A DNA stretch of 63,589 bases, counting the filler, from Octopus bimaculoides (taxonomy: Eukaryota): assembly GCF_001194135.2 (NCBI RefSeq). It is 6 parts of 6 records of this genome, joined end to end, with 100 filler letters (N's around TTAATTAATTAA, not from the genome) between each part and the next. Parts side by side here need not be neighbours in the genome. Positions count along the whole stretch, not along the records: positions 21,432 to 45,523 come from NC_068990.1; positions 45,624 to 56,000 come from NC_068981.1; 4 more parts are not named here. One strand, 5' to 3'. Each line of letters starts with the position of its first letter. Positions within the stretch are counted from its first letter, which is position 1. The position numbers and the translations under genes are program-made. This document shows, piece by piece, positions 36,270 to 50,112 of the stretch. The notes beneath the pieces are model-generated. The model searched no databases, was not told the origin of the DNA, and worked only from the letters and a program-made list of their open reading frames with translations.

Positions 36270-37479
36270 TGTATATACACACACGCACCCAAACACACGT
36301 ATATATATGTATATCAATATAAATATATGAAAGTCAATGAAGTTTCGTAAAAGAAGGTGAGCATGTACATACTTTCTTGCTGTTGTGATTATAACACCTC
36401 ATTGTAAACTATGTTCCTTGTTTTCCCTTGTGGAGCATATACAAATAGGTTTTTTGTTGCTGCCCACTCTTGAGCAGCCAACATACAGTTGTCCATGTGA
36501 GAAGCAGGGCTCTTCCAAGANNNNNNNNNNNNNNNNNNNNNNNNNNNNNNNNNNNNNNNNNNNNNNNNNNNNNNNNNNNNNNNNNNNNNNNNNNNNNNNN
36601 NNNNNNNNNNNNNNNNNNNNNNNNNNNNNNNNNNNNNNNNNNNNNNNNNNNNNNNNNNNNNNNNNNNNNNNNNNNNNNNNNNNNNNNNNNNNNNNNNNNN
36701 NNNNNNNNNNNNNNNNNNNNNNNNNNNNNNNNNNNNNNNNNNNNNNNNNNNNNNNNNNNNNNNNNNNNNNNNNNNNNNNNNNNNNNNNNNNNNNNNNNNN
36801 NNNNNNNNNNNNNNNNNNNNNNNNNNNNNNNNNNNNNNNNNNNNNNNNNNNNNNNNNNNNNNNNNNNNNNNNNNNNNNNNNNNNNNNNNNNNNNNNNNNN
36901 NNNNNNNNNNNNNNNNNNNNNNNNNNNNNNNNNNNNNNNNNNNNNNNNNNNNNNNNNNNNNNNNNNNNNNNNNNNNNNNNNNNNNNNNNNNNNNNNNNNN
37001 NNNNNNNNNNNNNNNNNNNNNNNNNNNNNNNNNNNNNNNNNNNNNNNNNNNNNNNNNNNNNNNNNNNNNNNNNNNNNNNNNNNNNNNNNNNNNNNNNNNN
37101 NNNNNNNNNNNNNNNNNNNNNNNNNNNNNNNNNNNNNNNNNNNNNNNNNNNNNNNNNNNNNNNNNNNNNNNNNNNNNNNNNNNNNNNNNNNNNNNNNNNN
37201 NNNNNNNNNNNNNNNNNNNNNNNNNNNNNNNNNNNNNNNNNNNNNNNNNNNNNNNNNNNNNNNNNNNNNNNNNNNNNNNNNNNNNNNNNNNNNNNNNNNN
37301 NNNNNNNNNNNNNNNNNNNNNNNNNNNNNNNNNNNNNNNNNNNNNNNNNNNNNNNNNNNNNNNNNNNNNNNNNNNNNNNNNNNNNNNNNNNNNNNNNNNN
37401 NNNNNNNNNNNNNNNNNNNNGGAATAGTTTCATTTTTAAAGTGAAAGTATTTGACATGAGTGTTTTTGTTTCACTTTTG

Positions 37480-37644
37480 ACACGTAATACTTAAATAGTG
37501 GAGGAGATATTATGTTGCCGTGTGCTCGAACTCTGCAAGAAGTTAATAATTTTTTTTGACTAAAACACAACTGGAACCCTAAGTAAGGCATGTGTAAAAT
37601 TTGAATGAAATTGGTTGCGTAGTTCTCGAGTTTTAGGGATTCAC

Positions 37645-37703
<59 letters not shown>

Positions 37704-37725
37704 TTCTCATTTTTATATATATAGA
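37480..37725 (-). mobile_element. Helitron-like 5' end with (TGTC)n tract, truncated toward the gap
   Basis: A|TCTATATATATAAAAATGAGAATGTCTGTCTG...ccaatttcattcaaatttt layout. Confidence 0.55.
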
Positions 37726-37829
37726 TATATATACATGGAGCAGGGATATTTAACAACTGCAGAAACTTAGAAATTGAACCCAGATCACAATATCCAATGT
37801 TAAATAAAATCAAGAATATGATTACAATT

Positions 37830-40200
37830 CACTAAAATACCATCAACATCATCAAAATGTCTGATCATTCAAGACTTTGTGCAGAACTGAATCTAACATC
37901 AATTTCATCTTTGGCATGCTTTTTCTGAACAAGACCAGTACTTGATACTCAACACATTTTAGCTAATATGGACAGATGGTGGATAGCAGACATCAGACAG
38001 GATACTGTAGATGGCAGTCAGCAGACTGTAGCAGAACCAGCCGAAAGCTAGAACACTGTCACAACACAAAAACAATGGACAGATGGCAACAGCAAGACAC
38101 ACACAAGAATCAGCTAGCATCAAGAGACTCACAACAGTGACTACTATCATACCTAGTCCAAAAACAATAGACTTTGGACTATCATGGTGTTTGTTGTTTG
38201 TAGAAATGACATTTTTTTTTTGTTTATGATAAAAATAAATACGTATCATAAGTCTCAAACAGATTTCAATCATCTTTATCATAACAAGTGGCAACCCCAT
38301 GACCTGACATTAAAAGAACCTTTTGTAGTCTCAACTTCCAGCATCATCGAGATGAAATGTCTTTCTCTTTTGAACCACGTACAACATCATCAATGCCAAC
38401 TGAAGCTTCCTTATTCCTCTTTGTGCAGACCTTATGCAACCCCTCAAAGATGTGCTCTAACATTGCACAAGAAAAAAACCAGCCTATCACTTTTGATGAT
38501 GCAGAGTCTGTGGCCTTTAATGAAATTATGAAGGCCTTAGCTAACACCACCATGCTGGTTTATCTGAAGACTAATCCACCACTCTTTTTATTAGCTGATG
38601 CACCAGACGTTGGCGTTCTTCCACAGAATGTTAATGGAATCTGGCAACTGCTTTCATTCTCCAAGCAACTAAACAGGCTGAGAAAATATAGTACTTTTGA
38701 CCAAGAATTTTTAGTAGTGTACATTAGTGCAAAACACTTGTAGCACATGCTGGAGGGTTTTATATTTTCTATCTACACTGACCACAAGCCTCTGCATTCC
38801 AAACTTGACCATCACTCACCAAGGGAAATTCGGCACATTGATTTCATATCCCAATACACCACAGATATTTGGCACATTAAGGGCTCAGATAACTCTACTG
38901 CCAACTCACTTTCTCACATCTACATTGATGCATTACACACTGGTGGCTTTACCAATATCCAAGAGTTAGCCACTGACCCGGAAAATGATGAAGAATTCAA
39001 ACTTTGAAATGCTTCCTCTTCTCTTTCTTTCAAACTTCCTCTGCTCTCTTCCCCTGGTTGTTTGATGCAACATTTATATGGCTCATGGACCTCTCTATAT
39101 TCCAAAGAAGCATAGGCATTTAGGTTTTTTTCTGCTCTGCACAATCTATCACATACTGGAGAAAATTCCACTCTGAAGCTGGTCACTGCACAATTTATGT
39201 GGGTTGATATAAACAAAAATGTCAGGGACTGGGCCAAGAGTTGCATCTCTTGTCAGAAGGTGAAAGTTCACCAAATTAAATCACCTCTGGGAACTTTCTC
39301 AACACCCGATGCATGGTTTCAGCATGTACATATTGACATTGCCGGACTACTGCTACAGCCTCAAAGTTGCACACACCTCTTGACGTGTGTGGATCACTTT
39401 TCTCAATAGCCTGAAGCCATCCCTCTTCAAGATAGCACAGCAGAAACAATAGCTAATGCTCTACTTCAACATTAGATCACATGTTTTGGTACACCTGCAT
39501 TACAACAGATAGATGTCAGTTCAAATCTAATCTTTTCTCAGAATTGACATGCCTCTTAGGTTGTAAAAGACTTCCTACAACCTCTTACCATCCTGCAGCC
39601 AACAGTATGGTGGAACAGTTCTACTGACAACTGAAGCCCAATCTTAGAGCTTACTCCAACAACAGCAACTAGTTGAATTACCTATTCTTCGTTATTCTTA
39701 GAATTCATTCTACTATTAAAGAAGAAATTGGTACAACTCTGGCCAAAATGAAATATAGCACAATACTTACTTTACTTGGGCAAATGATCACTCCTGCTGC
39801 TCTTAAGGATCCTCCAGACACACCAAACTACATTCATGACCTGTAGGACTACAGGTCAAGTTTTCAATCTATTATTCCACGTTCTCAGAATGTGACCATC
39901 AATTATCCATCAGATATTCAACAATAGTCTCATGTTTTTATGTGGAACTATACTATTCGATCTCCACTTCAGGTACCATATTCAGGGCTCTTCAAAGATC
40001 TCTACAGAATGTCAAAGTATTTTGTCCTGGATATCAATGGCAGAAAAGATTCAGTCAGCATTAACTGCCTAAAGAAGGCTCACATCAAGTCTAAAACATC
40101 AACTCCCCCGCTTGATGTGACAACATCAGCACATACTTCAACTGATACTTCCACATCTGCTCCAGTGACAACAATGTGATAAGGTTGGTGAGTGCACTGG
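37830..40200 (+). mobile_element. Decayed Gypsy LTR retrotransposon (gag remnant, RNase H, integrase)
   Basis: KYSTFDQEFL.VY, IYTDHKPL, RHIDFISQYTTDIWHIKGSDN, LH.LSH.G..WAKSCISCQK (zinc-binding) and FQHVHIDIAG; many stops and frameshifts. Confidence 0.9.
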
Positions 40201-40989
40201 CCATCACACTTTGGGCAGCACAGTGCATAACATAAAAAAAGAAAAGAATGCTACAGTCTTTGCATTTTTGTTTTTCCTTCTTTGTTCACACACATACACC
40301 TGAATACATATACATCACACACACTGTAACATGCACAACATACACATAGACACTTATAAACACGTTCATTACTAGCAGTATACATAAAATTACTATGGTT
40401 AGAAGACACCAGCCAACTTCAGCTGCTTATGTTCCTAAGCTTGGAAAAAGCCAAAGTTGTTCATAGTACCAACCAGCTGGTATTCAATACAAATGCACAT
40501 ATACAAATACACAAATGCACATGAATATGCAACTCCTGACCCACTAGTAGATTATACACTAACTCACTGAATACACATCATTATGTATGAGTCACTCACT
40601 CAGACATATATTTAGCTGCAATTATCTGGCTCCTCATACATTCATATATTCTCATCTGATCTTCTTCCAAAGGATTTTTACAATTATACTCTTAACTATG
40701 ATTCTAATTTTTCTTGCATATTGTTCTTTTTTTACCTTTTTTTCCTCATTCTTGGGGCTTTGCAAATCTTCATGAATAAATCAGCACTGCATTGAGCATG
40801 GAAATGTTTTCTGATACTACTTTCAGCTAAATTACTTGCTTACTGTCTATGCAATTTAACATCTTAGTCTTGCATTCACCCTTTTCTGATGCCTGTTCCT
40901 TTACACACTTCACATCTGTAATTCTTGCACTATTCGTATTTCGTTCAGTTCACCATGTATGAGCATACATATATATATAGGCAATTATG

Positions 40990-43850
40990 TGGATAAACAA
41001 ATTAGATATATGAAATATAATAGTTTCAGTGTAAAATACAAAATGTGTATACATGTATACATGCAAAACAAGAGAAAGCAAAAACTGGAGACTTTCAGAC
41101 AATGAATATTTAAGTATAAATACATAGATATTTATATTAATAGATCCATCTTACACAGAGTACAAACAACAGAGAAAATTAAAGGGGTGGAAGAAAGGTA
41201 TTATAAGTCCAATAGCCGTTTATGGAGACTCAGGCATCCATTATCATATTGGTAGATGTAGTTCATCACAATATATGACCCTGATGGAAACAATCAACAT
41301 TGAGTAAGATGAGCCTCCATTATCAGGGTAGAAAAGATCTTACATTTCAGATCTTAATGCATAGAAGTTCAAAGATAGAATGATTAAATGTGGAGAGCAA
41401 GCTGTATTAGCAGGGAGAAGTAGGAGGCTCAATGGTGTTATGGGGGATGTTAAGGTATGGTGAGCAGAGATAAGAGAGCTATGTAAGAACGACCGTGCGA
41501 ACCAAAGGAGAAATGGTGACGAATGAAAAACAGGCTCCTTTTTTTAACACGTCGCACGGTTGACACAAAATATAATGTATATATGTTATAATACTATAAC
41601 ATAGAGAACTAAGAAGTTTGCCAGTAAGATACAAGATAGGAACGCAACCGGTAAGATTTATTGGAGCATTAAACTGTATGTCTGTGTGTGTGTGAATGCG
41701 ACATAAGAAAACAAAATATAAGACAGGCCGTCATGTAAACAAAAGAGTGTGTATACAAATATATGTATGTGTATGTAAGAGTTACAGAGTATAGATAAGA
41801 GTCAGTAACACGGATAAGAATATGCCAGTTCTTAGTTAGGGTACACAGTAGTTAGTGTCTGTATATAAGAGGTTGAGGCGTTAGGCAGAGCTAAGTCACT
41901 CGTCGTGATATTGGGGCTTCGATGCCGGGCCGGATTCTTGAATACAGATGTTCTCTTGCAGGTATCGAATTTTGGCTGTTAATTTCGTGGTGAACAAATC
42001 ACACAAACAGGGTTGAGAAGAGAAGCTGCGGTTGCTTGTGTACGTGGAGAAGTCATGTTGACGCTGGCGGCGATGCTGGTAGTACGAAGTTGAACGATGC
42101 TGTTGATGTCGTCGCTGGAAAACTGGCTGGCTGTGTTACGCGTGTGTGGTCAACGACCAGATCTGTGAGGATCTGAGCCGCGATGAATTGCCGCGGATAA
42201 TTTAGGCTATTTATAGGAAAATAGGGGCTCCAGAGAGCATCAGAAAAATGCTCTCTCACGTGACCTTATTAGTGGCTACGGTTGGTCGGTTTGCGTCCTG
42301 GTGGCAAATGGAGTGGAGACAATTGCCGCGTAAATAAAAGTCAGTCAGGTGATGACAGGGAAAGAGTTGTTTTCTGCTACGCTCGCATTTGTTAATATAT
42401 ATACCGTGAGAGAGGTGGTTTCACTACAGCTAGTTTAGGAAGAGAGAAGGGGTTAATAATGAGGGTATTAAAGGAGGTAATAGTAAAGGTAGAGAGTTGG
42501 AAGATGAATGGAAGAGGTAGGATTGATAGTAATTGAAAGGTAGCCAGTTGTGTTTGGTTTGTATCTAGGTGACAAAGTTTAGGGAAAATAGCTATAGAAT
42601 TATTGGAAGTTGAGATAGTGAGAAAAGGAATGGTAATTATTTGAGGGAGGGAAAGTGTCTAATTCAGTGACTGAGGGAGACTACTAAGGTATGTAGAATG
42701 GTATGAGAGAAGACAGAGGGAGGTGAACAGAGTGATTAATACAATAATGAATGTGGGTTGGCAATGGAGCAGGAGTAATGAGGTATGCAAAGGAGTGTGA
42801 AATTGAATAGAGAGAGATGAATAGAGAGAGAGAGGGAGAGGCTGAAAGGTTAGTATCTAATTGAGTAGGATAGTTTTAAGTACTTTTGGTTGAAGAGGAG
42901 AAATGAGAGAACCAGGAAAGAGTACCACTTGTGAGGATGGGGAGGCTGTGAGGGAGGTGGAATGTGGTAAGTGGAATTTGTAAAGGTAATCATGAGAAGG
43001 AATAATTTAGTAGGGAGGGTGGTATTAGTGGAGGGGGTAAGTTGCTAGGCTGACCTTGTCATACCTCAAGGTTAATTATAATTAGAGATAATTATAATTG
43101 TGAGTTTACATAGATTTAATAAAATGAGCAATTGATGAGTAGAACCTGTGTTTACAAGAGGGTATTACATCTGAGAATCTATTAAATAATGAAGGGTTGT
43201 GGCTGCAAAGGATGGTTAATGATTCCCTTAAGCACAATTTACAAATACCAATCTTCACATTGTGTAGGGGAGCCTCACTTATGATGTAGGGGAGCCTCAC
43301 AGGATAGGGTATAAGGAACATTTTGGAATTTTAGGTCGCTAAGGGGGTTGATAATTTAGAACTTGGATTGGAGAAAGAGTTCATATGTACTTGGCAGCAA
43401 CACTTGAAATCAACAGTGCTGCAAATATAGACCCTTGCTTGTTGGGAGCATAGTGTTATAACACAGCACCTGTAGAGTTGAGACACCTGACAAGTGCAAG
43501 TTTGCTTACCCGCTCTGCAGTTGGAATTTACCACTGGGGAGGTCAAGTTCCAATGGTCCATTATCAGTAAAGAAGAACTAGAGGTATAATTGGTATCAGC
43601 ATTGGATTGGGAGGGGGTATCACTGCTAGCATATGTGATCATGTGAGAAGTATTGTGGGAAGATGCCTTAAGTCTGTTAATATTTAGTCTTGGTGGGGGT
43701 CACTAAGGGTGGTATTATTTTCACTAGGTGGGTTAAGGGCGGTATTATTTCCACTAGGTGGGTTATTTCTACTAGGTGGGTGCAGTGGGACAAATTGCAG
43801 GTTCTAAGAACTGGCGTTGTAGTTTGCGTTTGTTAGAGGAGGTTGTTTGT
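40990..43850 (-). mobile_element. Penelope-like 3' region (GIY-YIG endonuclease remnant) interrupted by a solo LTR
   Basis: NCRAGKQTC..VITL..VDFK...HMNSFSNP and CKLCLRESLTIL..LFNRFSDVIPSCKHR match the PLE GIY-YIG C-terminus. Confidence 0.7.
41482..42428 (-). mobile_element. Solo LTR, 947 bp
   Basis: TGTAG...TTACA termini (minus strand); 4-bp TSD GCTA (41478-41481, 42429-42432); homologous to 8719-9792. Confidence 0.88.
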
Positions 43851-43859
43851 AGTGGTTCA

Positions 43860-44285
43860 CAGCACTTCCCCACTGATTGGATGATCCATTTTTCATCTCT
43901 TGTCCTCATTCTATTAAAAAAAAAAATCATTTTCTTAGTGTTTCTTCAACAAATCCCAGATAGAAATCCATTGGGATTTCTATTAGCCTTATTCAATTGA
44001 TGCCACTAAGTTGATGTAGATAGTTTTTAACACTTGATTTGGATATTTGGAGAATATCTGCAATCAACCTGGTCATATAACAGGGGTTGGTGTTACTGTT
44101 AATCTTTGTTGATTAGCCAGAGTGAAGTGCATCTTGAACTGAAAAATTTCCCAATTCAAATCTTGAAAATCACTTCCACTCCATACACAGCACCTATTTT
44201 CCTGCAATTTTCCATCACATTTTTACCTTTTTAAAAAAATAAAAACATGAAATGTTGATAACGTTTGTTTTGGTTCTCCATCTTC
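43860..44285 (-). mobile_element. Mariner transposase 5' fragment
   Basis: MENQNKRYQHFMFLFF, IADILQISKSSVKNYLHQL and FNRMRTRDEKWI. Confidence 0.7.
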
Positions 44286-44289
44286 AGGG

Positions 44290-45523
44290 TAAGCCCAAGC
44301 ACACATAATACAACCTGTCTCATTGCAAGTTTGAAGCAGATGCTTGAATGGAGGCGTGTAGATTTGTGCTGCATCCAAGAAGTAATGTGGAGAGGAGGTT
44401 CTGCTAGGTTCCACACAGGCAAAGAACACAGGTACAAGATTTTCTGGGCAGGGAACACTGACGGGGTCGGGGGCGTGGGTATACTTCTTGCGGAGAAATG
44501 GGTTGATAAGGTAATCGAGATAGTCAGAGTATGTGACAGAATACTTAAGATTAGATTAGTGCTTCACCATAGGTTAGCTACCGTTATCTCGACCTATGCC
44601 CCTCAACCGGGGCTACCGGATGGGCAGAAAGACCAATTTTATGACACCCTATTGCAGACTACCTCGTTGACGAATGACAGGGACCTTCTCTTTGTGGCTG
44701 GTGATTTCAATGGACCTGCTGAACAACATGCAGGGGGCTTCCATGGCATACATGGAGGCCATGGATTTGGTTCCCGCAATGAGGCGGGAACCAGACTGCT
44801 GGAGTTCTGTGATGCAAATGATCTTATGGTTTGCAATACCAACTTCAGGAAACCTGCCTGTCACCTAGTCACCTACCGTTCCGGAAGACACACAAACCAA
44901 ATTGACTACATCCTCGCCACAAAAAGGGAAAGAGGACTGCTTATAAATGCCAAAACATTCCCAGGCGAAGAATGTACCCAGATTAGTAGTTAGCGACTTC
45001 TGGATCGAGACTAAATGGATGCCCAGAAGTAGACCAGTTTGGAGGAGAATGGTCTGGAAGCTTAAAGATCCTGCAAATGGACAGAGATTTAGAGATATCT
45101 AAATATGTATATTTAGTCACTCATACAGTGGATGACACGCAAATACTCATGAATTGCATTTCTGCTTCTTGCAAGGCATTTGGACTCAGCATTAGCCTGG
45201 ACAAGACTGTTGTAATGTTCCAGCCTGCACCAGGAAATCCATATACGGAACCAGCTATCTTGGTTGAAGGAACAATTCTGAAGGTAGTAGACAAGTTTGT
45301 CTACCTGGGCAGCACACTCAGCCGTTCTTGCTCCCTGGATGAGGAAATATCTTTCAGGTTGCAGAGAGCAACTAATTTCTTCTGGTCTCTTCAGTCTCGT
45401 GTCTGGTCCCAGCATGGCATCGCAAGGCAAACAAAAGTTGCTGTGTACCGTGCATGTGTACTGACATTGCTGCTCTACTCATGTGAGACATGGACTCTGT
45501 ACAAACGTCAGGTAAGGGTCCTT
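44290..45523 (+). mobile_element. RTE-clade LINE: APE endonuclease joined to an RT C-terminus
   Basis: DLCCIQE, STYAPQ, GDFNG, N..G..LLEFC, QIDYIL (APE); then LSISLDKTVVM, FVYLGS, LLYSCETW (RT 3' part). Confidence 0.9.
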
Positions 45524-45623
45524 NNNNNNNNNNNNNNNNNNNNNNNNNNNNNNNNNNNNNNNNNNNNTTAATTAATTAANNNNNNNNNNNNNNNNNNNNN
45601 NNNNNNNNNNNNNNNNNNNNNNN

Positions 45624-45682
<59 letters not shown>

Positions 45683-48200
45683 ATAATCTATGAATATATA
45701 TATATATATGTAATATATAAATATGTGTAATACATGTATATATACATGATATATATTTATATGTATGTATACATATCATATATATGATATGTATATAATA
45801 TACACACATATTTATACTCTGTTAGGGAATAATGGATCTCGAAGCATATGAAGCTATAAATAACACTATGTAAATATTGGGCTGAAAAAGTCGAAAGCAG
45901 TGCGATAGTAGAACAACTGTCATTGCCTACAGATGTGGGTCCGTGTCTCACAATCGGCCTTCAATTTCTCTTTATCAAAAAGTGGTTTTCAACCCAATAT
46001 TTCCATGCTAGTGTTTATAGCTTTATGTGCTCTGTGCTTCGAGACTCGCTCTTCCAAAAAATTCTAATGCAGTCAACTATCTCTCTGTCTCTCTAATTAT
46101 GTTATATATATCATATGAAGTGGAGACGCAATGGTTCAGTGGTTAGGACAGTGGATTCGCGGTCGGAGGATCGCTGTTTCGATTCCTAGATTGGGTGTTG
46201 TGTGTGTTTATTGAGCGAAAAACACCTAAAGTTCCGGGGGGTGGAGGGTGACCCCCTGTTGTACTCTATCGCCCCAACTTTCCCTCACACTTTCTTCCTG
46301 TTTCTTGAGTAACGTTGCGATGGACTGGCGTCCCGTCCAGCTGGAGTGGGGAACACATACGCCAAAGAAACCTGGCTAGGCTTTAAAAAGGGCGCAAAAT
46401 TATAAAAAAATCATATGAAGTGTTTAGTAACAGTGTGTCGTAAGCGTCACGCCGGCCATTTTCGAGATGAGTAATATCATTTTCTTTGTCTCGACGTCTA
46501 GAATCTGAAAAAGCTGGAAGAACCGGCGAGACTTGCAATAAAGTCTAAAATCCGGCTGAAAAAAAAAGTTGTACCTCGACGCTGTTGACACGACGCTCGC
46601 TCACCCAAACTCGGACCAGAGAGTTTAGTAACGCACCACGTAAGCACACGTGCTCAATCAATAACTCTGCTGTGGTCCCTTTATCATTTTTGGAGGTGTT
46701 ATGGCTCATCTTGTAATATTCCTCGTTACCATTGTAACGATAATGGGCTATTATCTTACTACTTTGATATATTAAAACACAAACAATACCTTTGTGGGGT
46801 GGGTGGTCTCTGTATGTTTTTTTCTAGGCATTATGGCTAAAATATACAATGCGATACACTGTTTTATAGTACCGGTATATCCTACAAAATGAGAAGACGC
46901 AGTTATTGCTTCATGTTTCAGATATATACATAAATAAATACATAGGTGAAATTATCAGAGGAGGTCTTCACGGTAATTTTAAGACCAAAACCAGTTTCCT
47001 AACTTCATTCCTTGCCGAAATATCGCGTTCTGAAAGTCACGAAACTTTGACTGCATTTTTCTCGGTTTTTAAGTTGTGGCTCTTACGATGGACGGTTAGT
47101 AAACGCCTCATATTATATACAGCAGGTATTCACACAGTTTCCACCTACCAAATGCATTCACAAGGCATTGGTCAGTTAAGGGCTGTAGTAGAAGACACTT
47201 GCTAAGGTGCCATGCAGTGAGACTGAAACCGAAACCATGTTGTTGTAAAGCGAATTTCTTGCCCACACAACCATACCTGCACATATAAAGTAGAAAATTA
47301 AAATCATCTGAACAGCTTTGTGATTATCTTGGTTTAAAATCTATGTCGACAAGGCGAAAACAATTTATTTTTTATCCTGTGTCATGCTGAAAGTTTATTT
47401 TTTTAAATTGAGTTCTGATGCCAACTGAGCAGTTCAATATTTCTAACTAAGTCTAGCAATTTTGTTAGCATCAGATGTGGTGTGCAAGAGAAACGACTGC
47501 GCTGGTATGGTCATGTGCTGCATATGGATGAGGACATCTGTGTGAGGAAGTCTCACTCCCTAATAGTGGAAGGAACCCGTGGAAGAGGGCGACCCAGGAA
47601 GACGTGAGATGAGATGGTGAAGCGTGACCTTCGAACGTTGGGCGTCACAGAGGCAATGACAAGAGACCGAGACCTCTGGAGATATGCTGTGATTGATTGA
47701 GAAGACCCGGCAGGTAGAGTGAGATCACAACCATAGCCTATACCAGTGTCGCATAACCAGCCCATTTAAAAAGTACCCTTGAATCATCGGGCGACACGCC
47801 GTGCTTGAGGAGACCTATTGAGTCAAGTAAAATCAAAAATTAAAAATCAAAATCACAATCAAAAATGGAAATTGTAGTTGTACCTGATGCCAGTGCCGCC
47901 TGACTTGCTCTCGGGCTGGTGGCACGCAATAAGCACCATTCATGCGTTGGTCGTTGCCAGTGCCGCCTGACTGGCTCCTCGTGTCGGTGGCACGTAAAAA
48001 GCACCCACTACACTCTCAAAGTGCTTAGCATTAGGAAGGGCATCCAGCTGTAGAAACATTGCCAGATCAGATTGGAGCCTGGTGCAGCCACTGGCTCTCC
48101 AGACCTTAGTCAAACCATCCAACCCATGCCAGCATAGAAAACGGACGTTAAACGATGATGATGATGATGATGATGATGAAGACGTATTATTATTATTTTA

Positions 48201-48246
<46 letters not shown>

Positions 48247-48611
48247 TCGTGATTAAATTTCTTCAGAAATAACATACTATCTACATTTAAACCAATTTTC
48301 AAAATAATCCAAAATTTGATAGGATTTATTTATGTATTGAGCTTATGTTGGTAAACTTATAAAAACTTCCTTACAATAAATACATTAATGTCCAATATTG
48401 TATGTACGAGTAGGCGTGGAAAGTTAACATAGTTAGAAATGAATGACTGATATTTAATTACTCGGAGACGTAAACCGAACGTAATAAATAATAGTTAAGC
48501 TAGTCTAGACATAATTTATATGCTAACTTGTTCACGCCTACCAGTATACAGTATTGTACACCTACTTAGGGATTCTTTCATCACTGCTTTAGTAATGACG
48601 TGACGGCTGTG

Positions 48612-48745
48612 CTTTGCTGAGGAGGTTTTATAACTCTGGAACATGTTCGGAGTTGTCTCCGATACTTATCGAAATGATTAAATTATTAGTCATTGAGTAT
48701 TGCTGAGGAGATTTAATAGCACTGAAACATGTCAAGAATTGTCTT
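48612..48745 (+). repeat. 86-bp tandem dimer of degenerate hammerhead-like units
   Basis: CTGAGGA at 48617 and 48703; G(G/A)AACATGT at 48638 and 48724; downstream flanks alignable between units. Confidence 0.6.
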
Positions 48746-50112
48746 CAACATTTGTCAAAGTGATTAAAATATTAACCATCATCATCGTTTAACGTTCGTG
48801 CTCCATGCTGGCATGGGTTAGATGGTTTGACAGGAGGGCTGGGGACCACACCAGGTTCCAATTGTCTGTTTTGGCATGGTTTCTATGGCTGGATGCCATT
48901 CCTAACGCCAACCACTTTACAGAGTGTATTCGGTGACTTTTATGCGACACCAGCACGAGTGCTCTTTTGCGTTGCATCAGCACTAGCAGAGTCGCCAACT
49001 AGCTTACAAGTCAAAGACTTCTCAGTTGAGAGAGGGAATGGAACCAAGAAAAGTGTCCCTCTATTATGGTAGAAGGACAAAAAAGACAGACAATCTTTTC
49101 TCATCCTCCTCGCTTCAGTTTTTCAAATTAGATTTTCCATGCACCTTTATTAAAAATAGAAAGACCAACCAAACCTTATAAATATACTTTGTTTACTCTT
49201 TTACTTGTTTCAGTCATTTGAATGCAGCCATGCTCGAGCACCGCCTTTAGTCGAGCAAATCAACTCCGGGACTTACTCTTTGTAAGCCTAGTACTTATTC
49301 TATCGGTCTCTCTTGCCGAACCGCTAAGTTACGGAGACAAACGCACCAGCATCGGTTGTCAAGCAATGCTAGGGGGACAAACACACACACACACACACAT
49401 ATATATGTACATATACATATATATACGACGGGGTTCTTTCAGGTTCCGTCTACCAAATCCCCTCACAAGGCTTTGGTCGGCCCGAGGCTATAGTAGAAGA
49501 CACTTGCCCAAGGTGCTACGCAGTGGGACCGAACCCAGAACCATGTGGTTGGTAAGCAAGCTACGTACCACACAGCCACTCTTGCGTTTAGATAATAAAT
49601 TTCTTCTAAGTTAGGGTTGTTTTGAAGTAACATTACAATTCCTCATTTTTCATGCTTCACTACATACGTTAAAATAAACCCTTTAACAGGTGCAGGCGTG
49701 ACTGCGTGGTAAACAGTTTGCTTCCCAACCACATGGTTCAAGGTTCAATCTCACTGCATGGTACCTTGGGCAAATGTCTTCTACTATAGCCTCGGCCCGA
49801 CCAAACCCTTGTGAGTGGATTTGGTTGACGGAAACTGAAAGAATCTTGTCGTGAGTGTGTGCGTGTGTGTTTGTTCTCCCACACAACCGCTTGATAATCG
49901 TTGTTGGTGCGTTTGTTTGTGTCCCCGTAGCCTAGCGGGTCGGCCAAATGAGACCGATAGAATAAGTACTAGGCTTAAAGGGGGGGGGAGGTAATTCACA
50001 TACAGCAGCGTTCTTCTAGGTTTGTATTTTGATTGAAGGATTTAGGATCAATTCTGATTGGTTAAAGTTCTGATGTTCTCTAAGAATTCTTTTTTCATTT
50101 CTATCTTTGCAG

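Noticed and set aside
49038-49075. MEPRKVSLYY plus phase-1 donor as T-box first exon
   Set aside because: Weak donor (GTAGAA), adjacent to LINE debris, and no similarity to TBX1 N-termini that I know.
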